From an uncultured delta proteobacterium (GTDB taxonomy: Bacteria > Desulfobacterota > Binatia > UBA9968), in NCBI GenBank assembly GCA_963760795.1, contig CAVXEP010000012.1, positions 64,001-128,000 on the forward strand: 64,000 nt of DNA. Reading direction: 5' to 3'. This document shows positions 1-12,606 of the stretch, one piece after another. A model generated the notes under the pieces. It saw only the letters and a program-made list of their open reading frames with translations, had not been told where the DNA came from and did no database searches. How positions within the stretch are numbered: position 1 is the stretch's first letter; every line of letters starts with the position of its first letter. The translations under genes and the position numbers were made by a program.

Positions 1-2466
1 CGAATCTTCGAAGTTGTACCCGCCCCAGGGCATCAGCGCAACGACGACGTTGCGTCCCAATGCCAGCTCGCCCATCTCAGTGGACGGACCATCGGCGATG
101 ACATCGCCGGCTTTGACTTGATCGCCGACCACGACGATCGGCCGCTGGTTATTACAAGTATTTTGATTGGAGCGCTGATACTTGACCAGGTTGTAAATAT
201 CGACACCGGTATCCCGCGAACCGCCCGGCTTGTCGGCTTTGACGACGATGCGCGTGGAATCAACATTTTCGACCAAGCCGTCGCGGCGCGCAACGATAGT
301 GACGCCGGAATCTCGCGCAACAGTCCGCTCCATGCCGGTACCGACAAACGGCGCTTCGGTGCGCAATAGCGGTACGGCTTGGCGCTGCATGTTGGAACCC
401 ATCAAGGCGCGGTTGGCATCGTCGTTTTCCAAGAACGGAATGAGCGAAGCCGCTACGCTGACTAACTGATTCGGCGACACGTCCATGAAGTTGACTTCTT
501 CGGGACGGGCCATGACAAACTCACCGCCCTTACGCGATGAGACCAAGTCCGCCGAAAAATTACCACGACCGTCGATCGGCGCATTGGCCTGGGCGATCAC
601 ATGATCTTCTTCTTCGAGAGCCGATAGATAACGGATTCGATCGCTAACCTTGCCATTTTCTACTTCCCGGTAGGGAGTCTCGATGAATCCGAAATCGTTC
701 ACCCGCGCATAGGTGGTCAACGAAGCGATCAGACCGATGTTCGGACCTTCAGGGGTTTCGATCGGACAGACCCGGCCATAATGGGTCGGATGCACGTCGC
801 GCACTTCGAAACCGGCACGCTCGCGAGTTAGACCGCCGGGACCGAGAGCCGAGAGCCGCCGCTTGTGGGTAATTTCCGACAGCGGATTGGTCTGATCCAT
901 GAACTGCGACAGCTGGCTGGAGCCAAAGAACTCTTTGAGCGCCGCTGATACCGGCTTGTAGTTGATCAGTTCCTGGGGCATCAGAGTCTCGATGTCCTGC
1001 AAGCTCATCTTTTCCTTGATCGCTCGCTCCATGCGCACCAGGCCGACACGGAAGTGGTTTTCGACGAGTTCACCGACGGCACGTACACGGCGATTACCCA
1101 GGTGATCGATATCGTCCACCGAACCGTGGCCGTTCTTGAGCTCCATCAGGTACCGCACCACTTCGAGGATATCCTCTTTGCGCAGCGTGCCCTGCTCCAG
1201 CGGGATATTGAGCTTGAGCCGATGGTTGAGCTTCAAGCGGCCGACCTTGGATAGGTCATAGCGATCGGGATTGAAAAACAGGTTGTTAAAAAAGTTGGTC
1301 GACGATTCCACCGTCGGAGGATCGCCGGGCCGCAAGCGCCGGTAGATCTCCAGGATGGCATCTTGAGGGGAGCGTATGCGGTCTTGCAGCAACGTGTTGC
1401 GCAAGTAAGGACCAACGTTCGATTCGTCGATAAACAGTACTTCGATATGAGTGAGACCTTTGTCACGGATCAGGTCGAGCTTCTCCTGCGTGATCTCGTG
1501 ATTGCATTCGACCAGAACCTCTTTGCCATGGGGGTCGACGACGTCATGAGCCGCGACTCGGCCGAGAATCTCTTCCAGCGCGATGGGCACCTGCTTGATC
1601 CGCGCCGCTTCCATTTGGCGCAGCACCTGCCGGGTGAACTTCTTGCCTTCTTTAACGATGATATCATTGGACTTCGGATCGCGCACATCGGCGCTGACCT
1701 TCGCCCCCAACAGATGGCTGGCATTGAACTCCAGCATGGACTTGCGCCCATCGAAGTAAATTGAATCGCTCCGATAATAGTAGTTGAGCAAGTCCTCGCT
1801 AGTCATGCCTAGTGCGCGCAACAACACGGTAGCGTGAAACTTACGCCGCCGGTCGATGCGTACATAAACCACGTCGCGAGGGTCGAATTCGAGATCGACC
1901 CAAGAGCCACGGTAGGGAATCACCCGCGCCGAATAGAGCAACTTGCCGCTGGCGTGGGTCTTTCCCTTGTCGTGCTCAAAGAAAACTCCCGGCGAGCGGT
2001 GCAATTGGCTGACAATGACCCGCTCGGTACCGTTAATCATGAAGGTACCGTTGATCGTCATGAGCGGGACTTCACCGAAGTAAACTTCCTGCTCTTTGAC
2101 GTTCTTGATGCTACGCGCGCCGGTCTGCTGGTCAACATCCCACAGCACCAACTGCACGGTAACTTTTAACGGCGCGGCGAAAGTCATGCCCCGCTGGTGA
2201 CATTCCTCAACGTCATACTTGGGTTCGCCGAGGGTATAACTGACAAATTCCAAAGAAGCGGTTTCGTTAAAATCCTTAATCGGGAAAACCGACTTAAAAA
2301 CTTCCTGCAGTCCCATGTTCTGGCGCTCCGTCGGCGCCACATCTTTCTGCAGGAACAGCTCGTAAGAGTTTTTCTGGATTTCGATCAAATACGGGAGTTC
2401 GATAATTTTTCGAATTCTCCCGAAGCTACGGCGGAATCGTAAGTTATTGGCAACCTGAAATGCCAT
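1..2466 (-). CDS. rpoB: DNA-directed RNA polymerase beta subunit (5' part; runs off window)
   Basis: Manual translation starts [31 protein letters not shown]; contains [26 protein letters not shown] and [11 protein letters not shown]; follows rplL. Confidence 0.98.
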   Translation of the reverse strand, partial: MAFQVANNLRFRRSFGRIRKIIELPYLIEIQKNSYELFLQKDVAPTERQNMGLQEVFKSVFPIKDFNETASLEFVSYTLGEPKYDVEECHQRGMTFAAPLKVTVQLVLWDVDQQTGARSIKNVKEQEVYFGEVPLMTINGTFMINGTERVIVSQLHRSPGVFFEHDKGKTHASGKLLYSARVIPYRGSWVDLEFDPRDVVYVRIDRRRKFHATVLLRALGMTSEDLLNYYYRSDSIYFDGRKSMLEFNASHLLGAKVSADVRDPKSNDIIVKEGKKFTRQVLRQMEAARIKQVPIALEEILGRVAAHDVVDPHGKEVLVECNHEITQEKLDLIRDKGLTHIEVLFIDESNVGPYLRNTLLQDRIRSPQDAILEIYRRLRPGDPPTVESSTNFFNNLFFNPDRYDLSKVGRLKLNHRLKLNIPLEQGTLRKEDILEVVRYLMELKNGHGSVDDIDHLGNRRVRAVGELVENHFRVGLVRMERAIKEKMSLQDIETLMPQELINYKPVSAALKEFFGSSQLSQFMDQTNPLSEITHKRRLSALGPGGLTRERAGFEVRDVHPTHYGRVCPIETPEGPNIGLIASLTTYARVNDFGFIETPYREVENGKVSDRIRYLSALEEEDHVIAQANAPIDGRGNFSADLVSSRKGGEFVMARPEEVNFMDVSPNQLVSVAASLIPFLENDDANRALMGSNMQRQAVPLLRTEAPFVGTGMERTVARDSGVTIVARRDGLVENVDSTRIVVKADKPGGSRDTGVDIYNLVKYQRSNQNTCNNQRPIVVVGDQVKAGDVIADGPSTEMGELALGRNVVVALMPWGGYNFEDS

Positions 2467-2540
2467 GCGTACTCCTCTCTCGGACTAGCGGTTAACGATC
2501 CATTTCAAATCATTCAACGGAACGACCGACTGCGAGAGAA

Positions 2541-2915
2541 TTACTTGATTTCGACCTTGGCGCCCTGTTCTTCGAGCTTCTTCTTGATGTTCTCGGCATC
2601 GGCCTTGGAAACACTCTCTTTGACCGGCTTGGGCGCGCCATCGACTAGATCTTTGGCTTCTTTCAAACCCAACCCAGTGAGCTCGCGGACAACTTTGATG
2701 ACCTGAATTTTTTTCTCACCGGCTGCGGCGAGAATGACGTTAAATTCAGTTTTCTCTTCCACCGCCGCGGCCGCGGGGCCGGCTGCAGCGGCTGCTACCG
2801 GAGCGGCAGCGCTAACACCTAACTCCTCTTCGAGCTCTTTCACTAGAGTCGCCGCATCCATCAAACTCATGTTCTTGATGAAATCCTTAACTTGTTCTTT
2901 CGATACGCCTTCCAT
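2541..2915 (-). CDS. rplL: 50S ribosomal protein L7/L12
   Basis: [34 protein letters not shown] motifs. Confidence 0.98.
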   Translation of the reverse strand: MEGVSKEQVKDFIKNMSLMDAATLVKELEEELGVSAAAPVAAAAAGPAAAAVEEKTEFNVILAAAGEKKIQVIKVVRELTGLGLKEAKDLVDGAPKPVKESVSKADAENIKKKLEEQGAKVEIK

Positions 2916-2951
2916 AACGTTCCCCCCTTTAAAATTTCTGCTAGGTAATTG

Positions 2952-3494
2952 TTATTCGCCCTTGGTTTTGCGCAATGATTCGAGCAAGCGCACCATCTGC
3001 GCGCCGGGTTCCTGAATTGTGCGTAGCAACTGGGTCGCCGGTGCGTTGATGGTCGCCAACAGCTTCGCTTGTAATTCAGGTTTACTGGGCATCTGCGACA
3101 GGACTTTAACTCCCGCCGGGTCCATGAAACGGCCCTCGAACACGCCGCCCTTAATCGTCAATTTATCGTTGTCGCCGGCGAACTTGAGCAAAGTTTTGGA
3201 GAGTAAAACCGGGTCATCGTAGGCGAACACCCAGCCGTTAGGACCTTCAAGCAACTTTTCCAATTCGCCGTAGACGGTGTCTTTGAGCGCACGCCGCACC
3301 AAGGTATTTTTGATCACCTGATATTCGCCGGAAACCTGGCGCACTTCGCGGCGCAACTTAGTCATCTGCGCAACCGTCAATCCGCGGTATTCCGTGACAA
3401 TCGCCATCTTGGCGGACATGAGCCGCTCGTGTATGGCGTTCACCGCTTCCAATTTCTCGCCGTAACCGGCACGGACAACTTGCGCTTCCGACAT
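2952..3494 (-). CDS. rplJ: 50S ribosomal protein L10
   Basis: EYRGLTVAQMTKLR, VIKNTL motifs; operon position. Confidence 0.97.
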   Translation of the reverse strand: MSEAQVVRAGYGEKLEAVNAIHERLMSAKMAIVTEYRGLTVAQMTKLRREVRQVSGEYQVIKNTLVRRALKDTVYGELEKLLEGPNGWVFAYDDPVLLSKTLLKFAGDNDKLTIKGGVFEGRFMDPAGVKVLSQMPSKPELQAKLLATINAPATQLLRTIQEPGAQMVRLLESLRKTKGE

Positions 3495-3556
3495 TTTCTT
3501 CTCCTGGACTCTACTCTGATCAGTATTGATGAAGCCTGGCTAACGATCCGGAACCA

Positions 3557-4261
3557 TTAGGCTGCCATCGCCCGGATCTGTGCCAAATCGATTTTGATTC
3601 CCGGCCCCATGGTAGTGGCGATAGTGACGCCCTTAACGTAGTTCCCCTTGGCCGACGCCGGCTTGGCGCGCAGGATAGTCAACAGGACCATCCGCGCATT
3701 GTCGATCAATTGTTCGGCGGAAAATGACGCGCGGCCTACCGGTACATGAACGATGCCCGCTTTGTCGACGCGAAATTCCAGCTTACCCGCCTTGATTTCT
3801 CTGACCGCCTTACCGATGTCCAAACTCACCGTACCGGTCTTAGGGTTGGGCATGAGGCCACGGGGACCGAGGATCTTACCAATGCGGCCAACAGCGGCCA
3901 TCATATCCGGAGTAGCCACCGCCTTGTCAAAGTCCAGCCAGCCTTCGCTAATCTTTTTGATCAATTCGTCGCTACCGATAAAATCGGCACCGGCTTCTTG
4001 AGCCTCGCGCTCCTTTTCACCTTTGGCAAAGGCCAACACACGGACAGTTTTACCCATACCGTGGGGCAACGCTACCGTGCCACGAATATTCTGATCGGCT
4101 TGGCGCGGATCGACACCCAGGCGAATCGCTATATCGACGGTTTCATCAAATTTGGCGCGGGCGGTTTCCTTGACCAACTTCAGACTATCTTCCAACTGGT
4201 AGCGCTGGTTGCGATCGACCTTATCCAGAACCTTGCGATAGCTTTTTCCGATTCCACTCAT
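3557..4261 (-). CDS. rplA: 50S ribosomal protein L1
   Basis: [22 protein letters not shown] motifs. Confidence 0.98.
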   Translation of the reverse strand: MSGIGKSYRKVLDKVDRNQRYQLEDSLKLVKETARAKFDETVDIAIRLGVDPRQADQNIRGTVALPHGMGKTVRVLAFAKGEKEREAQEAGADFIGSDELIKKISEGWLDFDKAVATPDMMAAVGRIGKILGPRGLMPNPKTGTVSLDIGKAVREIKAGKLEFRVDKAGIVHVPVGRASFSAEQLIDNARMVLLTILRAKPASAKGNYVKGVTIATTMGPGIKIDLAQIRAMAA

Positions 4262-4301
4262 GGCATCCTCTATTTCGCTGGGTCAATTAAGATTGCGCGC
4301 A

Positions 4302-4727
4302 CTAGCCTTCGACTTCTAAGCCAATGCTGCGCGCGGTTCCGGCAACAGATTTTTCCGCGGCCGCCAAGTCACTGGCCGTCAGATCTTTGAGTTTTAACTC
4401 CGCAATCTCTCTGACTTGAGCCCTAGTCACCTTGCCGACCTTGGTCTTACCCGGCTCCTTAGAACCCTTTTCCAGTCCGGCGGCCTTTTTGAGCAATACC
4501 GACGCGGGCGGTGTCTTGGTGACAAAAGTAAATGACCTGTCGGCATAGACCGTGATGACCACCGGTGTAACCATACCGATCTGCGTTTGAGTGGCGGCAT
4601 TGAAAGCCTTGCAGAACTCCATGATATTAACGCCGCGCTGGCCGAGCGCCGGGCCCACCGGCGGGCTAGGATTCGCCTGACCCGCAGGGATCTGTAATTT
4701 GATTTCACCGATGACTTTCTTAGCCAT
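4302..4727 (-). CDS. rplK: 50S ribosomal protein L11
   Basis: [26 protein letters not shown]. Confidence 0.98.
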   Translation of the reverse strand: MAKKVIGEIKLQIPAGQANPSPPVGPALGQRGVNIMEFCKAFNAATQTQIGMVTPVVITVYADRSFTFVTKTPPASVLLKKAAGLEKGSKEPGKTKVGKVTRAQVREIAELKLKDLTASDLAAAEKSVAGTARSIGLEVEG

Positions 4728-4750
4728 TGCTTTCGATCCTTCTAATCAAA

Positions 4751-5281
4751 CTAATTGCGTTCGACCTGGACAAATTCGAGCTCAACCGGCGTCGCTCGCC
4801 CAAAGATGCTGATCAATACTCGGAGCTTGCCTTTTTCCGGCTTGACATCTTCGACCACGCCGTTAAAGTCGGCGAACGGACCGTCGACCACCTTGACGTT
4901 TTCGCCGATCGAGAACGACACGCGCGGCTTGGGCTTGATTGCGCCCTCTTCCATTTGCAGCGTAATCGCACGGACTTCTTCATCGCTAACCGATGGCGGA
5001 TTGGTACTACCACCGACGAATCCGGTTACCTTGGGGGTCTCCTTGACCACATGCCAGGTCTCGTCATTGAGCTCCATCTGCACGAGAATATAACCGGGGA
5101 AAAACTTGCGTGACGAAGTCTTCTTCTTTCCCTTGACCAGCTCGACGACTCTCTCCATCGGCACCAGCACTTCGCCGAAGAACTCCTGCTTGCCGAGCTG
5201 CTTGACGCGCTCCTCTAGGGCCGCCTTGGTCTTTTGTTCAAAGCCCGAAAAGGTGTGAACGATGTACCACTGTTTCGCCAT
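4751..5281 (-). CDS. nusG: Transcription termination/antitermination factor NusG
   Basis: WYIVHTFSG, FFPGYILV, KOW motif, IFGRATPVEL. Confidence 0.98.
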   Translation of the reverse strand: MAKQWYIVHTFSGFEQKTKAALEERVKQLGKQEFFGEVLVPMERVVELVKGKKKTSSRKFFPGYILVQMELNDETWHVVKETPKVTGFVGGSTNPPSVSDEEVRAITLQMEEGAIKPKPRVSFSIGENVKVVDGPFADFNGVVEDVKPEKGKLRVLISIFGRATPVELEFVQVERN

Positions 5282-5305
5282 AATAATAGAGGAGGACCTA
5301 AGTAA

Positions 5306-5521
5306 TTAACCGATAATGGCCTGGACAGCCTTTGTTAGAAAGAAATCCACAGTCGCCAAATACAAAGACACCAGGACAACGACGACGATAACTACCATCG
5401 TCGCCATGTAAGTTTCCTTGCGGGACGGCCAATGGACTTTTTGCAACTCCTGCCAGGACTCTTTGCAAAAATCGACACCCTGGTGGACGCCGTCCTGAAC
5501 TTTTTGAATCCAATCCCCCAT
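5306..5521 (-). CDS. secE: Preprotein translocase SecE
   Basis: ELQKVHWPSRKE plus one TM helix; ATG at 5521 has a GGAG RBS. Confidence 0.93.
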   Translation of the reverse strand: MGDWIQKVQDGVHQGVDFCKESWQELQKVHWPSRKETYMATMVVIVVVVLVSLYLATVDFFLTKAVQAIIG

Positions 5522-5546
5522 GTGAGGTTTCTCCAACGCGATAACG

Positions 5547-5623
5547 TGGCGGGTCAGGCAGGGCTCGAACCTGCAACAACCGGATTTGGAGTCCGGCGCT
5601 CTACCAATTGGAGCTACTGACCC
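5547..5623 (-). tRNA. tRNA-Trp(CCA)
   Basis: Cloverleaf; anticodon arm CCGGA-CTCCAAA-TCCGG; 3' CCA; usual position before secE. Confidence 0.96.
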
Positions 5624-5634
5624 CGGTATCCTCG

Positions 5635-5787
5635 TTAAACTTTAACCTCACGATGCAGAGTGTGGGACCGACAAGAAGCACAAAACTTCTTGAGCGCCAA
5701 CTTTTCGGTGGTTGTTTTCCGGTTCTTCGACGATGTGTAGTTTTTCCGTTTGCACTTATCGCATGCAAAACCTACCAACTCCCGCAT
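5635..5787 (-). CDS. rpmG: 50S ribosomal protein L33 (CxxC..CxxC zinc-binding type), 50 aa, not in ORF track
   Basis: Manual translation MRELVGFACDKCKRKNYTSSKNRKTTTEKLALKKFCASCRSHTLHREVKV. Confidence 0.96.
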   Translation of the reverse strand: MRELVGFACDKCKRKNYTSSKNRKTTTEKLALKKFCASCRSHTLHREVKV

Positions 5788-5817
5788 GATCTTGTCCTCC
5801 TCGCGATCGGCGTTGAA

Positions 5818-7008
<1,191 letters not shown>

Positions 7009-7090
7009 CGCGTCCTCCTAAATGATTTCCGAATCCTCACCCTAAATTCCCGCTACTAACCTTCTCCGAACTCCCCAAACCGGAAGGCAA

Positions 7091-7163
7091 AGCCCAGGAG
7101 CGGGATTGAACCGCTGACCTCGTCCTTACCAAGGACGTGCTCTACCGACTGAGCTACCTGGGC
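7091..7163 (-). tRNA. tRNA-Thr(GGT), CCA not encoded
   Basis: Cloverleaf with anticodon GGT; part of the Thr-Tyr-Gly-Thr cluster before tuf. Confidence 0.95.
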
Positions 7164-7253
7164 ATGACGGTCGATAGCAATTGGCCATGATTTGCCCACG
7201 TACGGGGCGACAAACGGGCCATATTAAAACGCCATCAGCTTCTACTTTCAATG

Positions 7254-7329
7254 TGGAGCGGGAAACGGGACTCGAACCCGCGACCCCAAGCTTGGAAGGC
7301 TTGCGCTCTACCAACTGAGCTATTCCCGC
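7254..7329 (-). tRNA. tRNA-Gly(TCC)
   Basis: Anticodon arm CAAGC-CTTCCAA-GCTTG; 3' CCA. Confidence 0.96.
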
Positions 7330-7334
7330 AAAAT

Positions 7335-7419
<85 letters not shown>

Positions 7420-7465
7420 TCGCCCCCAGAAATAAATTTTTCGCCACTCCAACTGACCAATTAGC

Positions 7466-7540
7466 TGGAGCTGGCGATAGGACTTGAACCTACAACCTGC
7501 TGATTACAAATCAGCTGCTCTACCGTTGAGCTACGCCAGC
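7466..7540 (-). tRNA. tRNA-Thr(TGT)
   Basis: Anticodon arm GCTGA-TTTGTAA-TCAGC; 3' CCA. Confidence 0.96.
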
Positions 7541-7802
7541 CCATCGCCCTTGGGTTTTTCGTGCCAGCGAAATTATTGCCAATTACCTTTTTTGGCGGCT
7601 GTAAAAAGATACTTATCTGAACAAATTTTAACAGTTTGTAAGTAAAGATCTTTTGCCTAACAGGCAAACCACAACACCCGGGAGTTATCCCCGTTTGTAA
7701 ACAGGTATTTAAAGCATCTTCGGTGGATCATGTCAACAGAGCACAGGGTTTCACACTATTGCATCGGTGCTGCCTTGAAAGGGTGTAAAGTTACCAACAA
7801 AG

Positions 7803-8552
7803 TTACGACCGAGGCAACCGCTGCTGCCGCACCAGTTCAAATAGAAAAATCGCCCCAGCGACCCCGACGTTAAGCGAGGCTACCTTACCAAACATTGGAA
7901 TTGATACAAGAAAATCACACTCGCGTAGGTTAATTGGACGAACTCCGGTGGCTTCGCTACCGAGCACAATAGCGAGTTTATCCGGATAATCCCGGTCGTA
8001 AAAGTTTTCCTTGGCGCCCACCGCTAAGCCAACTGTCCAATATCCCGCCTGTTTAAGCGCTTGCAGCGAGCGCCGCAAGTTAGTGACTTTATAAATGCTC
8101 AGATGATGCGCCGCGCCAGCCGAAGCTTTGACCACCAGGGGGGTCACCTCAACGCTACGGTCTTTCGGGATCACGATATGTCGGACACCGGCTGCTTCAG
8201 CCGTCCGTAGTAGGGCACCGAAGTTACGCGGATCGACGATTCCATCTAGGATCAAGATCCATCCTGATAACTCTGCATCAGCGATCCGTTGCAGTAATTT
8301 TTCAAACGCCGGGTAGGCGTAAGCTTCAACGATTGCGACAACGCCCTGGTGGCGTTGTCCTTGAGACAACCGGTCCAATTCTCGCGCAGCGCGATAGCCA
8401 ACCGGCAATCCTTGGCGCCGTGCTTCATCCACTAACGCTTGCAACCGACCATGATTGGAATTTTCGCTGACGAAAATCTCCCGCACGCTCCGCGGTGCGG
8501 CGATCAGTGTTTCATGAATCGCGTTGATGCCGAAAAGATAGTCGGTTGTCAT
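7803..8552 (-). CDS. rlmB: 23S rRNA (Gm2251) methyltransferase, SpoU/TrmH family
   Basis: HQGVVA, DPRNFGALLRTA, GSEATG, SLNV motifs. Confidence 0.92.
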   Translation of the reverse strand: MTTDYLFGINAIHETLIAAPRSVREIFVSENSNHGRLQALVDEARRQGLPVGYRAARELDRLSQGQRHQGVVAIVEAYAYPAFEKLLQRIADAELSGWILILDGIVDPRNFGALLRTAEAAGVRHIVIPKDRSVEVTPLVVKASAGAAHHLSIYKVTNLRRSLQALKQAGYWTVGLAVGAKENFYDRDYPDKLAIVLGSEATGVRPINLRECDFLVSIPMFGKVASLNVGVAGAIFLFELVRQQRLPRS

Positions 8553-8615
8553 GGGCTAGTTCAAATCACCAATGGATTTTACAACCAGGAGTACAACAGT
8601 TAACATGCCGCCACG

Positions 8616-9815
8616 GTGAAACGAAAGACGTTAATCAGCTATCTTATTTCCGAAGTCCTGCCGCCATTTTTTCTCGGCCTGCTGGCCTTCACGTTCATCT
8701 TGCTCATTGGCCGACTTTTGAAGCTGGTTGAGCTGGTCATCAGCCGCGGTGTTCCACCGCTCCAAGTCGGTAAACTCCTAGCGTTGATAATGCCGACGTT
8801 CTTGGAAATGACGGTACCCATGGCGTTTCTGCTAGCCATCCTGCTCGGCCTCGGGCGCATGGCCAACGACCAAGAACTACTCGCCATGAAAGCTTCCGGC
8901 GTGAGCCCGTTGCAGATTTTGTGGCCCATCGCCGGCCTGTCGTTGGTTATTTCCATCCTGACCTTGGCCACGACGCTTTACGCCCGACCGACCGCCAATG
9001 CCGCACTCAAAAAAGAGCTCTATAACATCGCGAAGTCTCGGGTCAGTACGGCACTCAAAGAAAAAGTTTTCAATGACGATTTTCCCAAGATTCTCATTTA
9101 CGTCGAGGAAATCATTCCACCTGGAAATACCGCTCAAGGGATCTTCATCATCGACAAGCGCGATCGCGTGCGCGAAGACATCATACTCGGCAAGGTAGCT
9201 CGTATCACCACCGACGACGAAGCAAACACGCTAGGATTGAGGCTTTTCGACGGTTCGATCTACGAACGGGAAAAAAAGCGCACAGGATTTAGCCAAACCC
9301 GCTTCAACATCTACGATTTCAAACTCGACTTGGACGAACTCGTCGGTCCCGTGCGGCAAAAAGAAGCTGGACCGAAAGAGTTAGCTTCCGCGGATTTACT
9401 CAAATCCATCGAAGAGAAACAGCGGCGCGGCGGCAAATCGATTCCTGAGCGAATGGAGTTGCACCAACGGATCGCATTCGGTTTTGTCCCTTTGGTGTTT
9501 GGCGTCCTTGGCGTGGCCTTGGCGCTGCTACCGCGCGCCTCGCGAGCGAGTCGCTCGTGGGGATTCATGTTGTGCTTGTTTTGGCTGTTGGCCTACTATG
9601 TTTTACTCTCCTTCGGCAAAGCTTTGGGCGACAAGGGAAGCCTACCCCCCATCCCAGCGCTATGGCTACCCAACCTGACCATCGGTTGCATCGCCCTGGT
9701 CTTCTTTCGCAAGGCGATGCGCGAATCGCCTCTGGCTTTTCCCGCGTTCGCATCCCGGGTCGGCAACGCAACGCTGCGACAGGTGACAAGACTGATGAGG
9801 AGGCCAAGAAACTAA
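8616..9815 (+). CDS. lptF: LPS export permease LptF
   Basis: YjgP/Q architecture, ELLAMKASGVS motif; tandem with lptG. Confidence 0.88.
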   Translation: MKRKTLISYLISEVLPPFFLGLLAFTFILLIGRLLKLVELVISRGVPPLQVGKLLALIMPTFLEMTVPMAFLLAILLGLGRMANDQELLAMKASGVSPLQILWPIAGLSLVISILTLATTLYARPTANAALKKELYNIAKSRVSTALKEKVFNDDFPKILIYVEEIIPPGNTAQGIFIIDKRDRVREDIILGKVARITTDDEANTLGLRLFDGSIYEREKKRTGFSQTRFNIYDFKLDLDELVGPVRQKEAGPKELASADLLKSIEEKQRRGGKSIPERMELHQRIAFGFVPLVFGVLGVALALLPRASRASRSWGFMLCLFWLLAYYVLLSFGKALGDKGSLPPIPALWLPNLTIGCIALVFFRKAMRESPLAFPAFASRVGNATLRQVTRLMRRPRN

Positions 9816-10931
9816 ATGGCCAGGACATCAAGAGCTCAACATCGCATGATGCCTCTCGGTGGCATCCTTGATCGCTATATTTCAGCGGGATTCCTGCGCG
9901 TTTTCGGCATCAGCTTGGCGGTGATCACCGGACTTTACGTAACCGCCGACTTTTTCGAACGGATCGGCAATTTACTCGAATCCGGCGCGCCGGTTTCGAC
10001 CATTTTACGCTATTTCATGTTCAAAGCCCCCTTGTTGATTTCCCGGGTGGTCGGATTCGCGACATTGTTCTCGACGTTATTTTGTTTGGGCCTACTGGCA
10101 CGCACGCAGGAGATCACCGCAATTCGCTCAAGCGGCGTTAGCGTCCAACGCATCGCCTGGCCCTTGCTAGTGCTGGCTTTGTGCCTTTCTGGGATTACTT
10201 TTTTTTGGAACGAGACGCTGGTGCCGATTTTCAGCCGTAACGCCCAACAAATCTATCGCACCGAGATCAGGCAGAAGAGACAACTCAGCCTATTCGGCAC
10301 GCGGGACATTTGGATTCGCGGCGATGGCAGCTTCATCAACATTGACAACTTCGATCCACGCACGAACACCCTGAATGGGGTTACGGTATTCACTCTCAAC
10401 CGAGATTTCAGTTTGCGCTCGTTGATCGAAATTCCCAGTGCTCGGTGGAGCATTCGAAACTGGCAAACCGACGGTGCGGTCGAATGGGAATTGCAGCAGG
10501 ACGGCAAACTGACTCGCCGTGACAGCATCGCCAACATTCCGATTACGGAAACTCCCAACGATCTAAAGCTGCTGGCACGCGATGCCGAAGAGTATAGCTA
10601 TTTCGAATTGCAGAAACAGATTGGCGAAATGAAGACTAAAGGGATCGACACCACCGCCATCGAAGTCGATCTCCAAAGCAAACTAGCGATTCCAGTGGTC
10701 TCTTTTCTAATGGTTCTATTGGCGACACCATTCGCGATCAAACGGCAATTGAGCAACAACGTCTCGCTCAGCTTCGGCATCGCCATGGTCATCGCTTTCG
10801 GTTACTGGGTACTTACCGCTTTTTGCATATCCTTGGGCCACAGCGGCGCCATTCCAGCGCTACCGGCCGCATGGATTCCAAACCTAATTTTCTCGATGAT
10901 TGGTCTATACTTCTTCACCGCTGAAGAGTGA
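9816..10931 (+). CDS. lptG: LPS export permease LptG
   Basis: ILDRYI, EITAIRSSGVS, AAWIPN motifs. Confidence 0.88.
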   Translation: MARTSRAQHRMMPLGGILDRYISAGFLRVFGISLAVITGLYVTADFFERIGNLLESGAPVSTILRYFMFKAPLLISRVVGFATLFSTLFCLGLLARTQEITAIRSSGVSVQRIAWPLLVLALCLSGITFFWNETLVPIFSRNAQQIYRTEIRQKRQLSLFGTRDIWIRGDGSFINIDNFDPRTNTLNGVTVFTLNRDFSLRSLIEIPSARWSIRNWQTDGAVEWELQQDGKLTRRDSIANIPITETPNDLKLLARDAEEYSYFELQKQIGEMKTKGIDTTAIEVDLQSKLAIPVVSFLMVLLATPFAIKRQLSNNVSLSFGIAMVIAFGYWVLTAFCISLGHSGAIPALPAAWIPNLIFSMIGLYFFTAEE

Positions 10932-11186
10932 AACTGTAATTCGCGCGAGGCGTTGAACCACGATGCCGGCATTCAAGGTTCACGCCCGTTACGCAGGGTT
11001 GGATCATCGCGTCATGAGAATACCCAGAGGTTAAGTTGCCAAGACTTTGTGGATGAAACGCCTTAACCTCTTGTTCGCCAAGAAATTTACAAGCAGCGCT
11101 GATTGTTACTGGCCCAAGAGTAGTCGCCCAGTGGCCCAACCAACGCTAGCTCATAATATAGAATCCGCATCAAAATCATTTAACCC

Positions 11187-11230
11187 AAAGAAAAGAGCTT
11201 GGCATCGCTCTACAGGCAACGCCAAGCTCT
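11187..11230 (-). terminator. Rho-independent terminator after rpsI
   Basis: AGAGCTTGGC/GCCAAGCTCT stem followed by a U-rich tract on the minus strand. Confidence 0.75.
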
Positions 11231-11260
11231 CTGATAAATTCAAATAATCGATTTGTAAGA

Positions 11261-11653
11261 TTAACGTTTTGAATACTGAGGCCGTTTGCGGGCTTTATGA
11301 CGGCCATACTTCTTCCGCTCAACTGCGCGGGGGTCTCGGGTGACGAAGCCGGCCTTTTTAAGGGAGGGACGAAGGTCGGGATTGAACTCCATCAGGGCGC
11401 GGGTAATGCCGTGGCGAATCGCTCCAGCTTGACCCGAGTTGCCGCCGCCGTCAACATTGACTTCAATATCGAAATTGCCGGCGGTTTGCGTAACCTGAAA
11501 AGGTTGCAACACAATCATCCGTGCGGTTTCACGCCCGAAATAATCTTGCAACGTGCGATTGTTGATTTTTAGGCTACCTTTTCCAGGTTTAAGAAAGACC
11601 CGGGCAACCGAAGTCTTGCGTCGCCCTGTTGTCACGATCGTTTTATCTGCCAT
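11261..11653 (-). CDS. rpsI: 30S ribosomal protein S9
   Basis: [11 protein letters not shown]; C-terminal [16 protein letters not shown]. Confidence 0.98.
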   Translation of the reverse strand: MADKTIVTTGRRKTSVARVFLKPGKGSLKINNRTLQDYFGRETARMIVLQPFQVTQTAGNFDIEVNVDGGGNSGQAGAIRHGITRALMEFNPDLRPSLKKAGFVTRDPRAVERKKYGRHKARKRPQYSKR

Positions 11654-11666
11654 CGAACTGATTCTC

Positions 11667-12092
11667 CTATGCTCCGACTGCCAAGGGTTGCGGCATTTGC
11701 GCGGCGTGCGGATGTTCCGGTCCAGCGTAAATCTTGAGTTTTGTGGCCAAATGGCGGCTTAAACGGTTTTTCGGGAGCATTCCCTTTACGGCTAACCGGA
11801 CCAATTCTTCTGGCTTCTCTTCAAGCATTTCGGCGGCGGTCCGTTGGCGGATGCCACCGGGATAATCCGTATGCCGGTAGTAAATCTTTTGGTCCAACTT
11901 CGCGCCGGTCAGCTTGATCCCCTTTGCGTTTACGACAATTACAAAGTCGCCAGCATCCTGGTTCGGCGTAAAAACCGGCTTGTGTTTACCGCGCAAAACC
12001 TTGGCGATTTCCGTGGCCATCCGCCCAAGGATCTTTCCTTGAGCGTCGATTACGTACCACCGACGTTGCGTCAACGCTTCTTCCCTAGTCAT
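11667..12092 (-). CDS. rplM: 50S ribosomal protein L13
   Basis: [26 protein letters not shown]; ATG at 12092 has a GGAG RBS. Confidence 0.97.
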   Translation of the reverse strand: MTREEALTQRRWYVIDAQGKILGRMATEIAKVLRGKHKPVFTPNQDAGDFVIVVNAKGIKLTGAKLDQKIYYRHTDYPGGIRQRTAAEMLEEKPEELVRLAVKGMLPKNRLSRHLATKLKIYAGPEHPHAAQMPQPLAVGA

Positions 12093-12137
12093 GGCGCACA
12101 CTCCAGTCAACTCCAAGTTCATTCGAACTTGTAAAAA

Positions 12138-12214
12138 TGGCGGGGCCGACGAGACTCGAACTCGCGACCTCCGGCGTGACAGGCCGGCGTTCTAACCGAC
12201 TGAACTACGACCCC
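12138..12214 (-). tRNA. tRNA-Asp(GTC)
   Basis: Anticodon arm CCGGC-CTGTCAC-GCCGG; 3' CCA. Confidence 0.96.
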
Positions 12215-12242
12215 GATGTATCCAAAACAGAACTCACGTACT

Positions 12243-12317
12243 TGGTGGGCGGTACAGGGCTTGAACCTGTGACCCCCGGCTTGTAAGGCCGATGCTCTCC
12301 CACTGAGCTAACCGCCC
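12243..12317 (-). tRNA. tRNA-Val(TAC)
   Basis: Anticodon TAC, T-loop, 3' CCA. Confidence 0.96.
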
Positions 12318-12552
12318 CGACCGCAACCTTCTTCTAGAGCTTCGCCAGGGACATGAGTCCCACTACTACAAGAACCAATCTGAATTGCCTAGTCAAACTT
12401 GTCAGGTAAAAAAATCGATCACGCACCCACCGTGCGTCCCAAGTGAAAAGGCCGGTAATGATCAAAATACGCGACAACTCTCGTAGCGTTGATGTGTCGA
12501 CTATCCTAATGGCAACAGTCCAACTGACACTTAGCAATGCGGTGTTATAACA

Positions 12553-12590
12553 GCGGAAATGCCGGGTGTCAAATAACCCGGCACTTCCGC
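12553..12590 (-). terminator. Stem-loop after lon (probable terminator)
   Basis: GCGGAAATGCCGGGT / ACCCGGCACTTCCGC inverted repeat. Confidence 0.6.
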
Positions 12591-12606
12591 GCCAAATAGC
12601 CGTTAA

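Noticed and set aside
33-2442. Short ORFs listed over 1-2.4 kb, and other antisense ORFs across the window
   Set aside because: Shadow frames of rpoB and other well-supported genes.
10932-11186. Possible 6S or other ncRNA between lptG and rpsI
   Set aside because: Only a short TTGAACC/GGTTCA resemblance; I could not build the long rod structure, so an Rfam scan is needed.
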